DNA of 63,309 nt, the filler included, from Octopus bimaculoides (lineage: Eukaryota): NCBI RefSeq assembly GCF_001194135.2. It is 6 parts of 6 records of this genome, joined end to end, with 100 filler letters (N's around TTAATTAATTAA, not from the genome) between each part and the next. Parts side by side here need not be neighbours in the genome. Positions count along the whole stretch, not along the records: positions 1 to 17,118 come from NC_068997.1; positions 17,219 to 23,409 come from NC_068986.1; positions 23,510 to 36,230 come from NC_068996.1; 3 more parts are not named here. One strand, given 5' to 3'. The notes below the pieces were generated by a model that saw only the letters and a program-made list of their open reading frames with translations, had not been told where the DNA came from and searched no databases. Made by a program: the position numbers and the translations under genes. Below are positions 13,022 through 25,368 of this stretch, piece by piece (position 1 is the first letter of the stretch; every line of letters begins with the position of its first letter).

Positions 13022-13044
13022 TAGGGTTAGGGTTAGGGTTAGGG
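13022..13044 (+). repeat. Short interstitial (TTAGGG)n
   Basis: TAGGG TTAGGG TTAGGG TTAGGG. Confidence 0.8.
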
Positions 13045-14304
13045 GGATTTCTCTGGTGTCTGCTAATTGTTTAATGTCAAATTTTTTTCTGGTCTTCACC
13101 ACCTGCAGACATAAGAAACAAATATTTCAATTATGTTGGAAGAATGGTGACAGTGTTGGCAAAACTGAAGCAATGAGTAAGTCAGAGGTAAGCAAGCTTG
13201 AACAGGTTTGGCACTAGAGCCATGGAAACTTATAAAAAGCAACAATTCAAACAAATGTTTCCTGCTGAAAAGACGACCACCACCACTGAAGTTTTAAACT
13301 GTTGCTTGTCAGTTGTTACCAGGGAAATCATCCAAAGAATTCATGTCGTACAATAAACGTAGTGATTTAGTTCTGTTGTCGCTGGCTGCTACCGTTGCTG
13401 CTGCTGTTGGTAATTATTTCTTTTGATTAAGTAGAATGTCAAGTGTTGTAACTAAAAGGAGGGTATATACACAAGGGTCCTGTTAATCATCATCAACATC
13501 ATCATCATTGTTATCATCGACATTAGCATCATCATCATCATCATCACTGTCATTTTAGTGTCCACTTTTTAATGCTTGCATGGGTTGAATGGAATTTGTT
13601 GAACCAGATTTTCTTTAGCTGGATGCTCTTCCTGTTGCTAACCCGCACCTGTTTTCAAGTAAGATAATATTTCCCCATTGCCAGACATGTTTAACATGGA
13701 AGATTGGAAACAAAGAATATTGCTTGTATGGAGGTGATACTCATTTACAACTATCTTGTGATGTCCAGACAAGCAGGTGGACTTCTTTCAGTTTTAGTCT
13801 ACCAAATCCACTCACAAAGCTTTGATCACCCTGGAGCTGTAGTAAGAGACACTTGTCCAAGGTACCATGCAGTGTGACTGAACCCAAAAACCATGTTGTT
13901 GGGAAGCAAGCTTCTCACCCACATAGCCACGTCTTTGCCTACATAAATAGGAAAGTAATAAAAGTTACTCAACAATGCAGAGCTGGAGAAAAATAAATGC
14001 ACTGGCAGAATCGTTAGCATACCAGGCAAATGCTTAGCGATATTTCATCCATTTTAATGTTCTGAGTTCAAATTCCACCATGGCTAGCTTTGCATTTTAT
14101 CCTCTCAGAGTCAATAAAATAAGATACCAGTTGAACAGTGGGGTCAATTTAATCGACTTAGCCCCACCCCAAAGCTGCTGGTTTTGTGCCAAAAAATTTG
14201 AAACCAATAATTTGCTGCATCGGTAGACATGTTGTACATACAGGAAATAATAGTTGGATAAAGAAGCGTGAAATAATCCAAATGTAAGGAAACCATCAAC
14301 ATTA

Positions 14305-14870
14305 TCATCATTCATTAATGTCCATTTTCGATGCTGGCATGGTTTGGATGGCTTGACCAGAGCTGGCAAGCTAGAAAGCTGCACCAGGTTCCTGTTTGAT
14401 TTTGCTTGGTTTCTACAGTTGGATGCCCTTCCTAATGATAACCATTTTACAGAGTGTGCTGGGTGCGTTTAACATGGCACCAACACAAGTGCTTTTTATG
14501 TGGCACTGGCACAGGATCCTTGCAGGTCAATCCTCTTCACCGGTGGGAGTGGCCTTAACACTTCTGCTGTAGTGGATGGGTCTTGAGTACAGCAAGGCAC
14601 CAAGTATCTTAATCTTTGTCATCTCATCTGAAAGGTTCAGCATCCTGAGGTCGTCCTTCAGTGCATTGTCCCATATCTTTCTGCGTCTCTCTTTCTCTCT
14701 CTTCCACAAATTCTATCCACCTTGAGAGATTGAAAACCTGGGAAGATGTGGTGAAAGCTGATTTCAAGAAGCTGAGCTTCATAAAAATGACAAAGAATTG
14801 TAAAGAATCAACACTACGCTAGAGACAACTCCAGCCCATGCAGGTATGGAAAAATAGATGTAAAATGAAA
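14305..14870. mobile_element. Two head-to-head RTE 3' ends (about 14305-14710 minus, about 14730-14870 plus)
   Basis: RKIWDNALKDDLRMLNL (minus) and KTWEDVVKADFKKL (plus), each followed by the RTE-type 3' UTR and tail. Confidence 0.65.
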
Positions 14871-16334
14871 TTATGGTTCACCTTTAATAAACTCTGCTCT
14901 GAAATATCTGAAATGAACAGTGAATTGCAGACAATGCCAGGAGTTAATTGTCTTAACCCAAGAGGAAAACATAGCACTGATGACCAAATGGTCTTCTAAT
15001 CTCTTTGAGGATTGTCCAAATTATCATCTACCCAGCCCTATCTACTTAGCCATTCATAATCTCCTTCATTTATTTACTTAACTGTTTTCTAATTGTTTTT
15101 TCTATTAAGTAGTCCTCTTTATTAAGACTGACTTCTTTCCATTATAGATTCCTCGTTAAACAAAGCTAATATCATTCTCTTTTCTTCTTCATTAATCTTC
15201 TTTAATCTCACCTCTTTCAGTTAATTACCCACTTCTAATTATCTCCTTCACTCTGTTCTCTTTCTTAATTAAGCTCTTTTTAATCAATTTGTCTATTTAG
15301 TTAAATGTCTTCATCATCTTTAATTTCTAGACTAAACACTTTCAATTTCATAGTGTCTTGGGGAGAGTATATGTCTGTCGTTTACTGTTGTTTGCTGTTG
15401 CCTTCTTCAGCTAAGCATGTCTTTAGTCCTCCTCCTCATCATCATCATCATCATCCTTAAAGACTTTTTCACTTCCCGAGCTTGATACTAATACATCTGT
15501 TTGTTGTCTACACCACCTGTCTTCGTCTTTTGTTTTTTTGTGAATTGTGTTCACGTCCCTGTAACATTAGCAGTTCAGCAAAAGAGACTGATAGAATAAG
15601 TACTAGGCTCGAAGAGAATGAGTCTTGCGGTCGAGTTCTTCGACTAAAATCCTCTAAGGTGGTGCTCTAGCATGGCCACAGTCAAAGGACTGAAACAAGT
15701 GAAAGAATAAAAAAATTTTTTTTAAATATGAATGAAAGTTTATGAATCACAATATAGAACATTTACTAACGGAGAGATTTAATACAGAAAGTTGTGTTGA
15801 ATTTAATATGTATATGTAAATATATATATATTATATATTATATGTGTATTATATACATACATATATATGTATATATATATATTTGTTGTACTTGGGGATG
15901 GTCATATTGCCAGTTTAGCCAATAAAAACACACGCACTGTATATTTGGTGTTAATTTGCTTTAGCTTTATATTACATTATATTACATTAATCCTATTTCA
16001 GCCAGAGTTCTTTCGTCACACTTCTGTGATCTCATCAGTGGTCCTTTGCTTTCTTCTTTCTTATGTGTGTCTCACCTTGCTAACTATCAGCCATTTTGTA
16101 TTCCTATTGTATGTGTCTACGCATGCGTATCCTTCAATGTATCTATGTTTTTGTAAGTGCATGTGTGTGTATGGGGAGTGCCTGTATTATCTATATCCTC
16201 TGTTAATACATGTTCGTTTGTTTTTGTTTTTATTTATTTATTTGTTCATGTGTTTATATCTACTTTTTTTTTGTATTTAATTTAATTTTGTTAACGTATG
16301 TAGTATTTAATTCCATTTGTTTATCTATGTATTG

Positions 16335-16365
<31 letters not shown>

Positions 16366-17415
16366 CTGTGTGTGTGTGTATGTGTGGCTTGTTTTTAATT
16401 CCTCTTACTCCTCCTATTATTTAGATAGCCATTCAGTGATTACAGAATAAAAAATCTAATTTATGACAGAAATTAATATCACTATAAAAGCAGCCTGGGA
16501 GTAAAACTTAGAAATTTTTATATGCTAAATGATTTTCATTGCAATGATGGCCACTTTGAAGCCATGGCGTTTGATGAAGTCTTAATGTGCGTATGACATA
16601 ATAAACAAGATACAATATATAGATGCAGAGTAATTAATAAAGTAATTAACACGGATTTTAAAAGAAGGAATTTTAAGACCAAAAATGAGATATAAATATT
16701 TTCTAAGTCATATTTTAAAATAACCAGAAAATATGTCACCTAGTTTTTTTTATTTATATATATATATGTGTGTCTGTGTCTGTGTATGTGTGTGTGTGTA
16801 GGTGTAGCTGTAGCTGTATGGTAAGATGTTAGCCTCCCAACCATATGATTCCAGGTTCAGTCCCATTGCATGCCACCTTGGGCATATGTCTTCTGTTAGA
16901 TATATTGTTGTGTCTAGGAGAGTGTTATTGTGCCAATATAAAATATTTAATTCATAATCGTTACTCTAACCAAATTTATTTTGTCAGGTTAACAATTATG
17001 GGTGAAATATTTCATTCACTCTCAAACCTATCTTTGAGTACTTTATTTTAAGTGGCCGGATATAGCTTCTTTTTGAACTTGTCACCTCCTGAAATGCTTT
17101 TTTTTTTTTTTTTTTTTTNNNNNNNNNNNNNNNNNNNNNNNNNNNNNNNNNNNNNNNNNNNNTTAATTAATTAANNNNNNNNNNNNNNNNNNNNNNNNNN
17201 NNNNNNNNNNNNNNNNNNATATTCTTATAAAATTAATGTGGGATATAGATGATGATGATAGAATATGGAATATATAATATAAAATATAAATAGTAAAATG
17301 AAATGAAGTATTGAATGTCTTATTGAATATATGAAATATTGAGTATTAAATATATATAGGGGCTAGTATACTTTCCTGCTTTATAGCAGTCATCAAGGTC
17401 ACAGACACACACACA

Positions 17416-17457
<42 letters not shown>

Positions 17458-17463
17458 ACATAC

Positions 17464-17494
<31 letters not shown>

Positions 17495-20329
17495 ATGGTT
17501 GATGTAGTGTGTCTCAAGTAGTAATGTTTAATTGGTATTGCTACATTCTACTTGCAAGCAATCCTCTCTGTAGTTAAACTAGGAAGCAACAAAGTGTTGC
17601 AGACAGCTTCTCTCTCATCAAGACTTCTGCCAGACCACCACAGCCAAAATCAGTAATTGGGTGCTTACAACTCCAGGCTAATTTGCCAAGTTGATTGCTT
17701 TTTGGCCTCATTTTCAGTGTTGAGCTTCTGTAATTTTTAGCAGTTTGGTCCATTAGGCTAAGATACAAGTTTCTTCAGTGCAGGGTGGTCATTCAGAAGC
17801 TGTAACTTTTACACTTTGAGGTTTTAGGTTGCAAACTGTATTCTTAGTTAGCATAGTCATTTTGCTTCAGTGTTAGAAAATATATATATTCTAATGGAAA
17901 AGACTCAATTACAAATGATATCTATTTAAATGTATAAAAACTTAAGAATCGCTTGCGTAAATATATTGTGTATGTGGCCATGTGTTAAGAAGTTTACTTC
18001 TCGCCCAGTGGTTCCAGGTTCAGTACTACAATGTGACATCTTGGGTAAATGTCTTCTACTAGAGCCCCAGGTCAACCAAAGTGTTGTGACAAGATTAGGT
18101 AGACAGAAACTGAAAGCAACTTGTAATGTGTATATATATATATATATATATAAAACCACAGATTTACAATATAAAATAGTGATGAATACATGGAATTCTT
18201 TACTAACCTAAACAATATTTTAGCCTAGTGTCCTAACAGCCTAGGGTCATAAAGTATTTAGCCCAGATTGATAATCCGTCACTAATAATTGTGTGTCTGT
18301 GTGCATGCATGTGTGTATGTTAGTGTCTACTCATCTTGATATCATGTGATAGATGTAAAATGATTGTCACTGTCATACAAGCAACGTCATTCATTCCAAT
18401 ATTCTGCAAGAACATGTCTAGCAACAAAGAAATATTAGCTTGCTTGGAAACAGATGAAGACTAGTAACAAGAAGGGCATCCAACCATAGAAAATCTGTCT
18501 CTTTCATTCACTATACTATGCTAGCCATGTAGGGATATCATTGGACCTATTCAATCTAGTCATCTCTCTGTCACCGTTCTCCTCTCACTAAGCCAAGCCT
18601 ACCATGTATCATGAGATAGTACTGAACCTACCAGTACTCAGGGCGCTACTTGCCTACCATCTGCACTCAGTACATCTTTTAAACTAGTGTATATATATGT
18701 GTGTTACATATATTATATCATACCTTGGTACTGTGTGGATTGAGATCCCTGTTGACATGCCCCTGATATTAAATAAAGTGTTAAAACTTACAATATGCAA
18801 ATTAGTAACCCCAGTTTTCTGTAGCTTCTGTAATTGTTGAGTATATAAAGAAATTGGCTGCTTGCTTCTCTAGGATTGGCCAAAGTGATGCAGACACTTT
18901 TGATGATAATCTCTGATTATGGCTGTTCAACATGTTTTTTCCCAATTTACTGAAAAATTGCTAAATAAGCCGTTTATGTATGTACTATATAGGTTATATA
19001 TATATTTATTTTAATATATATGTATATACACACACACTCTCTCTCTCTTTCACACACATACACACAATAGACTTCTGTATAGTTTTGCCAATCAAATTTC
19101 ACACACAGGGACCAGTCAGTGTGAGGTTATACAGAGGACACTTGCCCACTGCATTCTGCAGTGGGATGAATCGGAGATGACATGATTGGAAAGAAAATTT
19201 CTAAACTACACAGCCATACCAGTGCTTCAGCAAGCATACAAAATGAGCAACAAACTATTGATGACACTGATTCATAAATTATACCAGTGAGAATGTCTGA
19301 GAAATGAACTCCATGAGATGGAGTGACTGCTGCAGTATCACAGGCCATTCTCTATGGCAACGCCATTGTGGTCATTACGGCTGACCTCACCATTTGTTCT
19401 GGGGACTGTGGCCCATCACTTCCTCCCCCTCTATCTTCTGCTTTACCCCCTCATTGTTTCTTTCTTTTTTTTCTGTTTCTTTGTATAATTATAACATTTT
19501 AAATGTTCTAATTTAAAATGTGAGCTGTTGTATAAATGAATGTAGCAATAAAGCTTTTTTTCTGATTAATTATACCAGTTATATTCAGACTCAGTTTAGT
19601 TACATTAATCTGAATATTCAGTTTCATCTGGTTATGTTATAAGTAAAAAATCAATAAACTTAATATAAGTTTAAACCATCATTAGAATCATCCTCTAAGA
19701 TGAAAATCTAAATTTCACATCAGAATAGACATAAGATATTGAAAGAATGTATTTTTAATAGACATCATATACACATCTTATGGTTTGATGAAATACTTCA
19801 TTTTATGATTTGTGTATACCTTTGTAACATAAGAATTATAATAATGTTATCCCATTTTTCATTTATTTACCTACAATGTCAAATAAATCAACAGTATCAT
19901 TCTTCCCTCTGGAAAAGTTAGATAGAATATGAATATTCTGTAATAACACAGTGTTATTGCAGAATACGAATATTCTGTAATAACACTGTGTTATTGCACT
20001 AATGTTGTGTGGTTGTTATCACATACTATTGTAGCTTCTTTATTGTATGAACACCTTTAGATCAGGAGGAGCGAGAGAGAGAGCAAGTCATTGATAAGGT
20101 TGCAAATGACAGAGAAAGGTCTTTGGCAAAAAAAAAAAAAACTGGGTTTATTATTGGTATAATGACTAAGATACAAAATTTGTTTCAAAACATGAGTAGT
20201 TAACATCAAAAATTTTGCAAACCAAATACAAAAAAAAAAGTCACACACATATAATGTTATATATATATATATATACATTTTAATGGAATTGCTTTAGACA
20301 TTGATATAGTTAATTTTCTCTCATATGTT

Positions 20330-20778
20330 TAGTTGACATACAATTTTGAGAAAATGATTTACCACAGACATCACAGTTATATAGTTTCTCTCCTACATGA
20401 ATGCATTTGTAAGTGGTGAAGTTATCTTCCTGAGAGAATGATTTATCATGGATATCACAATGATTACGGATTCACTCTAATATGAATAAGTTTTTAAGTG
20501 ATTAAGGTATTTCCAAGAGAATGACTTACCAGACATCATAGTAGGAAGATTTCTCTCCTGCAAGAGTAATGTCTACAAGTAGCCAAGGTGCAACTTTCAG
20601 AGAATGATTTACATATCACAGTGACATGTGGTAAATCCTGTATGAAAGTGCTTGAGTGAAATTATTTCCAGCAGAATATTATTTACAAGAAATATCACAG
20701 TGATATGGTTTCTCTCCTGCTGAATGATTGTAGTTTTAGTTAAGTTACCATTTTAAAGAGTACAACTGACCATAAATA
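20330..20778 (-). pseudogene. About 5 decayed C2H2 finger units continuing past the ORF stop
   Basis: Finger-type DNA words (ggagagaaac.atat.actgtgat..ctgtggtaaatcatt) recur near 20690, 20610, 20530, 20450 and 20365, with stops and indels. The ORF-ending TGA fits a 2-nt deletion in cac tgt gat. Confidence 0.8.
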
Positions 20779-22104
20779 TCAGTGATATGGTTTTTCTCCT
20801 AAATGAATGAGCTTGTGAGTGGAGAGATGACCTTTCTGAGAGAATGATCTATCACAGACACCACAGTGATATGGCTTTTCTCCAGTATGAACACGTTTGT
20901 GAGTAGTTAAGTTACAATTAATGGAAAATGACATACCACAGATATCACAGGGATATGGTTTCTCTCCTGTGTGAATGCGTTTGTGTCTAGCTAAGTGGCT
21001 ACCATCAGAAAAAGACTTATCACATATATCACAATGATATGTTTTTTCTCTATCATGAATGCATTTCTGTTTCTCTAAGTCACTAGTGAAAGTAAAAGTT
21101 TTATCACATATATCACATGGCTTCTCTCCTGCATGAATTTGTTTGTGAATAACTAAGGTATTTCCATGAGAGAATGACTTACCACAGACATCACAATGAT
21201 ATGGTTTCTCTCCTGTGTGAATGCGTTTGTGAACATTTAAGACATTTCTATGAGAGAAGGACTTACCACAGGTGTTACAGTGATATGGTTTCTCACCTGT
21301 ATGAATTCGTTTGTGTGTAGTTACATGATAATTTTGAGAGAATGATTTACCACAGATGTCACAGCGATATGGCTTGTCACCTGTATGAATATGTTTATGA
21401 GTAGTTAAGTCACCACTTCGAGAAAAAGATTTACCACAGATATCACAATAATATGGTTTGTCTCCTGTATGAATAATTTTGTGAGAAGTGAGATTACCTT
21501 TCTGAGAGAATGATTTATCACAAATATCACAATGATATGGCTTCTCTCCAGTATGAATACGTATATGATTAGTTAAGTGACTTTCATCAGAAAATGATTT
21601 ACCACAAATATCACAATGATATGGTTTCTCTCCTGTATGAACACGTTTGTGTCTGGTTAAATGACTTCCATCCGAAAATGATCTACCACAGATATCACAA
21701 CGATATGGTTTCTCTCCTGTATGAATATATTTGTGTCTAGTTAAGTGGCCATTTAAAGAGAAAGATTTGCCACAGATATCACAATGATATGGTTTCTCTC
21801 CAGCATGTGGCTTCTCTCCGGTATGAATGCATTTGTGTCTAGCTATATGTCTGTCATCAGAAAATGATTTATTGCAAATATCACAACGATATGGTTTCTC
21901 ACCCATATGAATATATTTGTGTCTAATTAAGTGACTTACATTCAAAAATGGTTTACCACAGATATCACAATACAGGAGAAAAGCCTTTTCTCCTGTATGA
22001 ATGTGTCTGTGTCTAGTTAAGTGACTTCCAGTAGAAAATGATTTACCACAGATTTCACAGTGATATAGCATCTCTCCAGTAGTTAGGTTTCTTTTTAGAG
22101 ACAT
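20779..22104 (-). CDS. Tandem C2H2 zinc-finger protein, 441 aa, 15 fingers (finger 12 lacks the first His)
   Basis: Repeated CDICGKSFS..xxLxxHxxxH-TGEKPY units with 84-bp DNA periodicity and no internal stop. Coleoid C2H2 expansion is established knowledge. Functional status uncertain. Confidence 0.92.
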   Translation of the reverse strand: MSLKRNLTTGEMLYHCEICGKSFSTGSHLTRHRHIHTGEKAFLLYCDICGKPFLNVSHLIRHKYIHMGEKPYRCDICNKSFSDDRHIARHKCIHTGEKPHAGEKPYHCDICGKSFSLNGHLTRHKYIHTGEKPYRCDICGRSFSDGSHLTRHKRVHTGEKPYHCDICGKSFSDESHLTNHIRIHTGEKPYHCDICDKSFSQKGNLTSHKIIHTGDKPYYCDICGKSFSRSGDLTTHKHIHTGDKPYRCDICGKSFSQNYHVTTHKRIHTGEKPYHCNTCGKSFSHRNVLNVHKRIHTGEKPYHCDVCGKSFSHGNTLVIHKQIHAGEKPCDICDKTFTFTSDLEKQKCIHDREKTYHCDICDKSFSDGSHLARHKRIHTGEKPYPCDICGMSFSINCNLTTHKRVHTGEKPYHCGVCDRSFSQKGHLSTHKLIHLGEKPYH

Positions 22105-22500
22105 TTCAGAAATATCACAGTAACATAATGAATGTCCTATCTTATCAGATGAAAAAAATTCAACCTTTTAAATTTCTCACACAGTTAATTTTCCCAATGT
22201 TTTTCTTCTCTAACCATATCATATGGCTACATTCTTTTACTTGTGTTATAGTTTATTCCAAACAAATATTTCTTCAGCTATACTTCCATCACTATGATCT
22301 TCATCAGTATCTGAAAATGCCTCAAACACCTTTGTAAGTAAATATGTCCAAGTTTAATTGGAATGCAAAATCATCTTGTACAGATTCCCAGCAGTGAATT
22401 AGAGAAATTATGCTTTTAGTCTCATTTCAAAGGAAATATTTTATTGGTATCTTAACAGTTATTATAAACAGACTTTTTATCAGTTGCATGGAGTTTCTTC
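22105..22500 (-). pseudogene. Frame-disrupted N-terminal region of the zinc-finger gene
   Basis: VEFFSSDKIGHSLCYCDISE is in frame directly upstream of the Met at 22104. Further upstream, coding-like pieces (..EENIGKINCVRNLK; ATG GAA GAA..) are separated by frameshifts and stops. Confidence 0.55.
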
Positions 22501-22875
22501 CATTAGTCTTCAAAATATAACTAATGACAGTGTAACTAAGGTTAAAAATTCTTTAAATCTGATGTCATTTGATGTTCTGAAATAATAAGGAAACAGTATA
22601 AGATGTAGTGAATAGTTAAAAATGTAGATTTAACAAAATATTTACATTAGCGTACAACTAAACTGTTTCATGACTTAAAGGCCAAAATATCTTCAAAAGA
22701 ATCACATCTATTGGAAGAATAATTCATTTAGCATGGAAAATATTATCATATTTATCAACTATATAATATTAATATATATTTGCCTATGTTCCCTTGATGA
22801 GGGGAACCAGACTTATTGTAGTGTTTTCATGTGACTGGTTACTGGTTACGTACTCATATTTTTTACACATTTCAC

Positions 22876-22910
22876 CTGCAAATTATGATTATTACATAAC
22901 ACTGGGCATC
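22876..22910 (-). other. Candidate 35-nt 5' non-coding exon of the zinc-finger gene (next acceptor at 22576)
   Basis: ctgtttcag|GATG...TTGCAG|gtgaaa, followed downstream by the acceptor ttatttcag|AAC at 22576. Splice signals only. Confidence 0.35.
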
Positions 22911-23074
22911 CTGAAACAGCTGATGAGTTAAGAAATTACAAATTTTCTTCATATTTTATATTGTATTTTGTGGGGAACAAAGTAACAAAGACAGATCTAA
23001 AGCTGTTATATCTCATAGTAAAGGACTGAGTTACTGTGTGGAAGGAGGATTGGTAAAATGAATATTAAAATTAT

Positions 23075-23400
23075 TTATATATATAAAAATGAGAATGTGT
23101 GTCTGTCTCTGTGTGTGTGTGTGTGTGTGTGAATCCCTAAAACTCGAGAACTACGCAACCAATTTCATTCAAATTTTACACATGCCTTACTTAGGGTTCC
23201 AGTTGTGTTTTAGTCAAAAAAAATTTTTAACTTCTTGCAGAGTTCGAGCCCAAGGCAACATAATATCTCCTCCACTATTTAAGTATTACGTGTCAAAAGT
23301 GAAACAAAAACACTCATGTCAAATACTTTCACTTTAAAAATGAAACTATTCCACTAACTGAAACAATCACATTTCGATACTGTAATGACAGATACTTTCA
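23075..23400 (+). mobile_element. Helitron/Helentron-like non-autonomous element
   Basis: ATATAAAAATGAGAATGTGTGTCTGTC start and AACTACGCAACCAATTTCATTCAAATTTT, resembling DINE-1-type 5' cores. Confidence 0.45.
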
Positions 23401-23700
23401 GAGAGAGAGNNNNNNNNNNNNNNNNNNNNNNNNNNNNNNNNNNNNNNNNNNNNTTAATTAATTAANNNNNNNNNNNNNNNNNNNNNNNNNNNNNNNNNNN
23501 NNNNNNNNNCCTTGTTCCACCACCACGTTACTCTGGGTTGGGAGGGGACCTTACAATATATATATATATATATATTATTTGTATATTCTCCCATATATAT
23601 ATATATATGGGAAAATTTACAAAAAAACAACAACAGATGAGGACAGGTGGTGTAAACAACAAAAGGATGTATTAGTTTAACGCTCGGGAATAGAGAAAGT

Positions 23701-23735
23701 CTTTAACGTTTCAAGCTACGCTCTTCAACTGAAAG
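23701..23735 (-). ncRNA. More degenerate copy of the family 2 hammerhead motif
   Basis: CUUU-CAGUUGA-A-GAGC(GUA)GCUU-GAA-ACGU-U-AAAG, inside a module (about 23608-23810) homologous to 7430-7585. Confidence 0.45.
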
Positions 23736-24654
23736 GAACACAGAAAGAAACAAGGGAAAAAACAAGGAGAAAAATATATAAATGTAGTGGTCAGCGATCT
23801 ATCATGGCGAATATGTCTGTGTATGTGTGTGTTTGTGTGTCTGTGTTTGCTTCCCCAACATTGCTTGACAACCGATGCTGGTGTGTTTATATCCCTGTAA
23901 CTTAGCGGTTCGGCAAAAGAGACCAATTGAATAAGTACTAGGCTTACAAAGAATAAGTCCTGGGATCGATTTGCTTGACTAAAGGTGATGCTCCAGCATG
24001 GCGCAGTCAAGTGACTGAAACAAGTAAAGAGTATACAGTACAGTACTGTTTCTATTTCTTGGATTTTCACCTATCACAGGAGATTTTGGAATGCAACATT
24101 CACGATTGTTGAGGGATTACTGTACAGTGTGACCAGAAAGATGTGGCATCACTGGTAAGTTCCAGTAACAGTCTGTGGTAGATAATGTGTTAAAGAGGTG
24201 AACTATCAGAATTGTGAACACATTGCTTAGTAGCATTTCATCCATTTTTACATTCTTCATTCAAATTCTACCAAGGTTGACTTTGCTTTTCATCCTATCG
24301 TAGTTGATAAAATAAGTATCTGTTGAGCACAGAGGTTGATGTAATCGACTAGACAACCTCCTTACAAAATTCCAGGCCTTGTGCTTATAATGGTAAAGAT
24401 TATAGTTTGGTTATTAGAACATAAGTCAATGAATTACAATATGTTATTATGACATGAAATTAAACAACAAAATCAATACCTTATGAATTGCTTATTTAGA
24501 GGTTCATTTTAAATGATACATTTAAGGTTGTAATGTAAATTGCTTTAATCAGAAAAGAATTCTGTTTATATTATTTATATATATTATTTTTTATTTAATC
24601 ACTGATTATGATTATCTGTAAACGATATGTTATTCAAATTTATTTGGCTTAGGC

Positions 24655-25014
24655 CATTCATGGAGACTCTTCACATATAAGTTTTACAGAAAATTTCTTT
24701 GCTTTTACAGAAAATGTCTTTGCCTTTTATACAAAATGAAAAGAGGAAGTTGTTTTGTTTTGTTTAGAAAAGGAGAAAAAGAAATAAGAAAAGAAGAGAG
24801 GAGAGGAAGACAGAGAGGCCAGAAAAGGAGAAGAAGAAGGAGAAAGAAAGAAAGAAAGAATGTTTTTGGGGATGGTCTGTGATTAACAGGTAGCTGATGC
24901 TTAATGACATTTCAAGATGTCAATTTTGTATTTTTAAGAGAAAAACAAAATTGACATCTTGAAATGTCATTAAGCCTCAGCTACCTGTTAATCACACATC
25001 ATCCTCAAATACAT

Positions 25015-25061
<47 letters not shown>

Positions 25062-25295
25062 NNNNNNNNNNNNNNNNNNNNNNNNNNNNNNNNNNNNNNN
25101 NNNNNNNNNNNNNNNNNNNNNNNNNNNNNNNNNNNNNNNNNNNNNNNNNNNNNNNNNNNNNNNNNNNNNNNNNNNNNNNNNNNNNNNNNNNNNNNNNNNN
25201 NNNNNNNNNNNNNNNNNNNNNNNTCTTTTCATTTTGTATAAAAGGCAAAGAAATTTTCTGGAAAAATTACATCTGAAGAATCTTCCATGAATGAG
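24655..25295. repeat. About 640-bp palindrome (foldback) with a 17-nt centre
   Basis: 24900-24928 is the exact reverse complement of 24946-24974. Pairing continues through (GAAA)n/(TTTC)n to CATTCATGGA/TCCATGAATG. The right arm contains an N gap. Confidence 0.9.
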
Positions 25296-25368
25296 ACACA
25301 AAAGTGCTTATAAAGAATTATCCAAAATTCCTACTAAGTCCTTTTTCTTAATACATATAATAAATATA

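Noticed and set aside
15375-15415. Minus-strand CTGAAGA-AGGCAACAGC-AAACAACAGTA resembling a hammerhead
   Set aside because: G12 is missing and there is no helix I complementarity.
17163-17174. TTAATTAATTAA islands between N runs (also near 23455, 36275, 45350 and 58615)
   Set aside because: An identical 12-mer with stops in all frames, always embedded in Ns: an assembly gap spacer, not biology.
18528-18792. Possible solo LTR (TGTAGG...AATAAA...TTACA)
   Set aside because: No matching 4-6-bp TSD and no second copy or internal sequence in the window.
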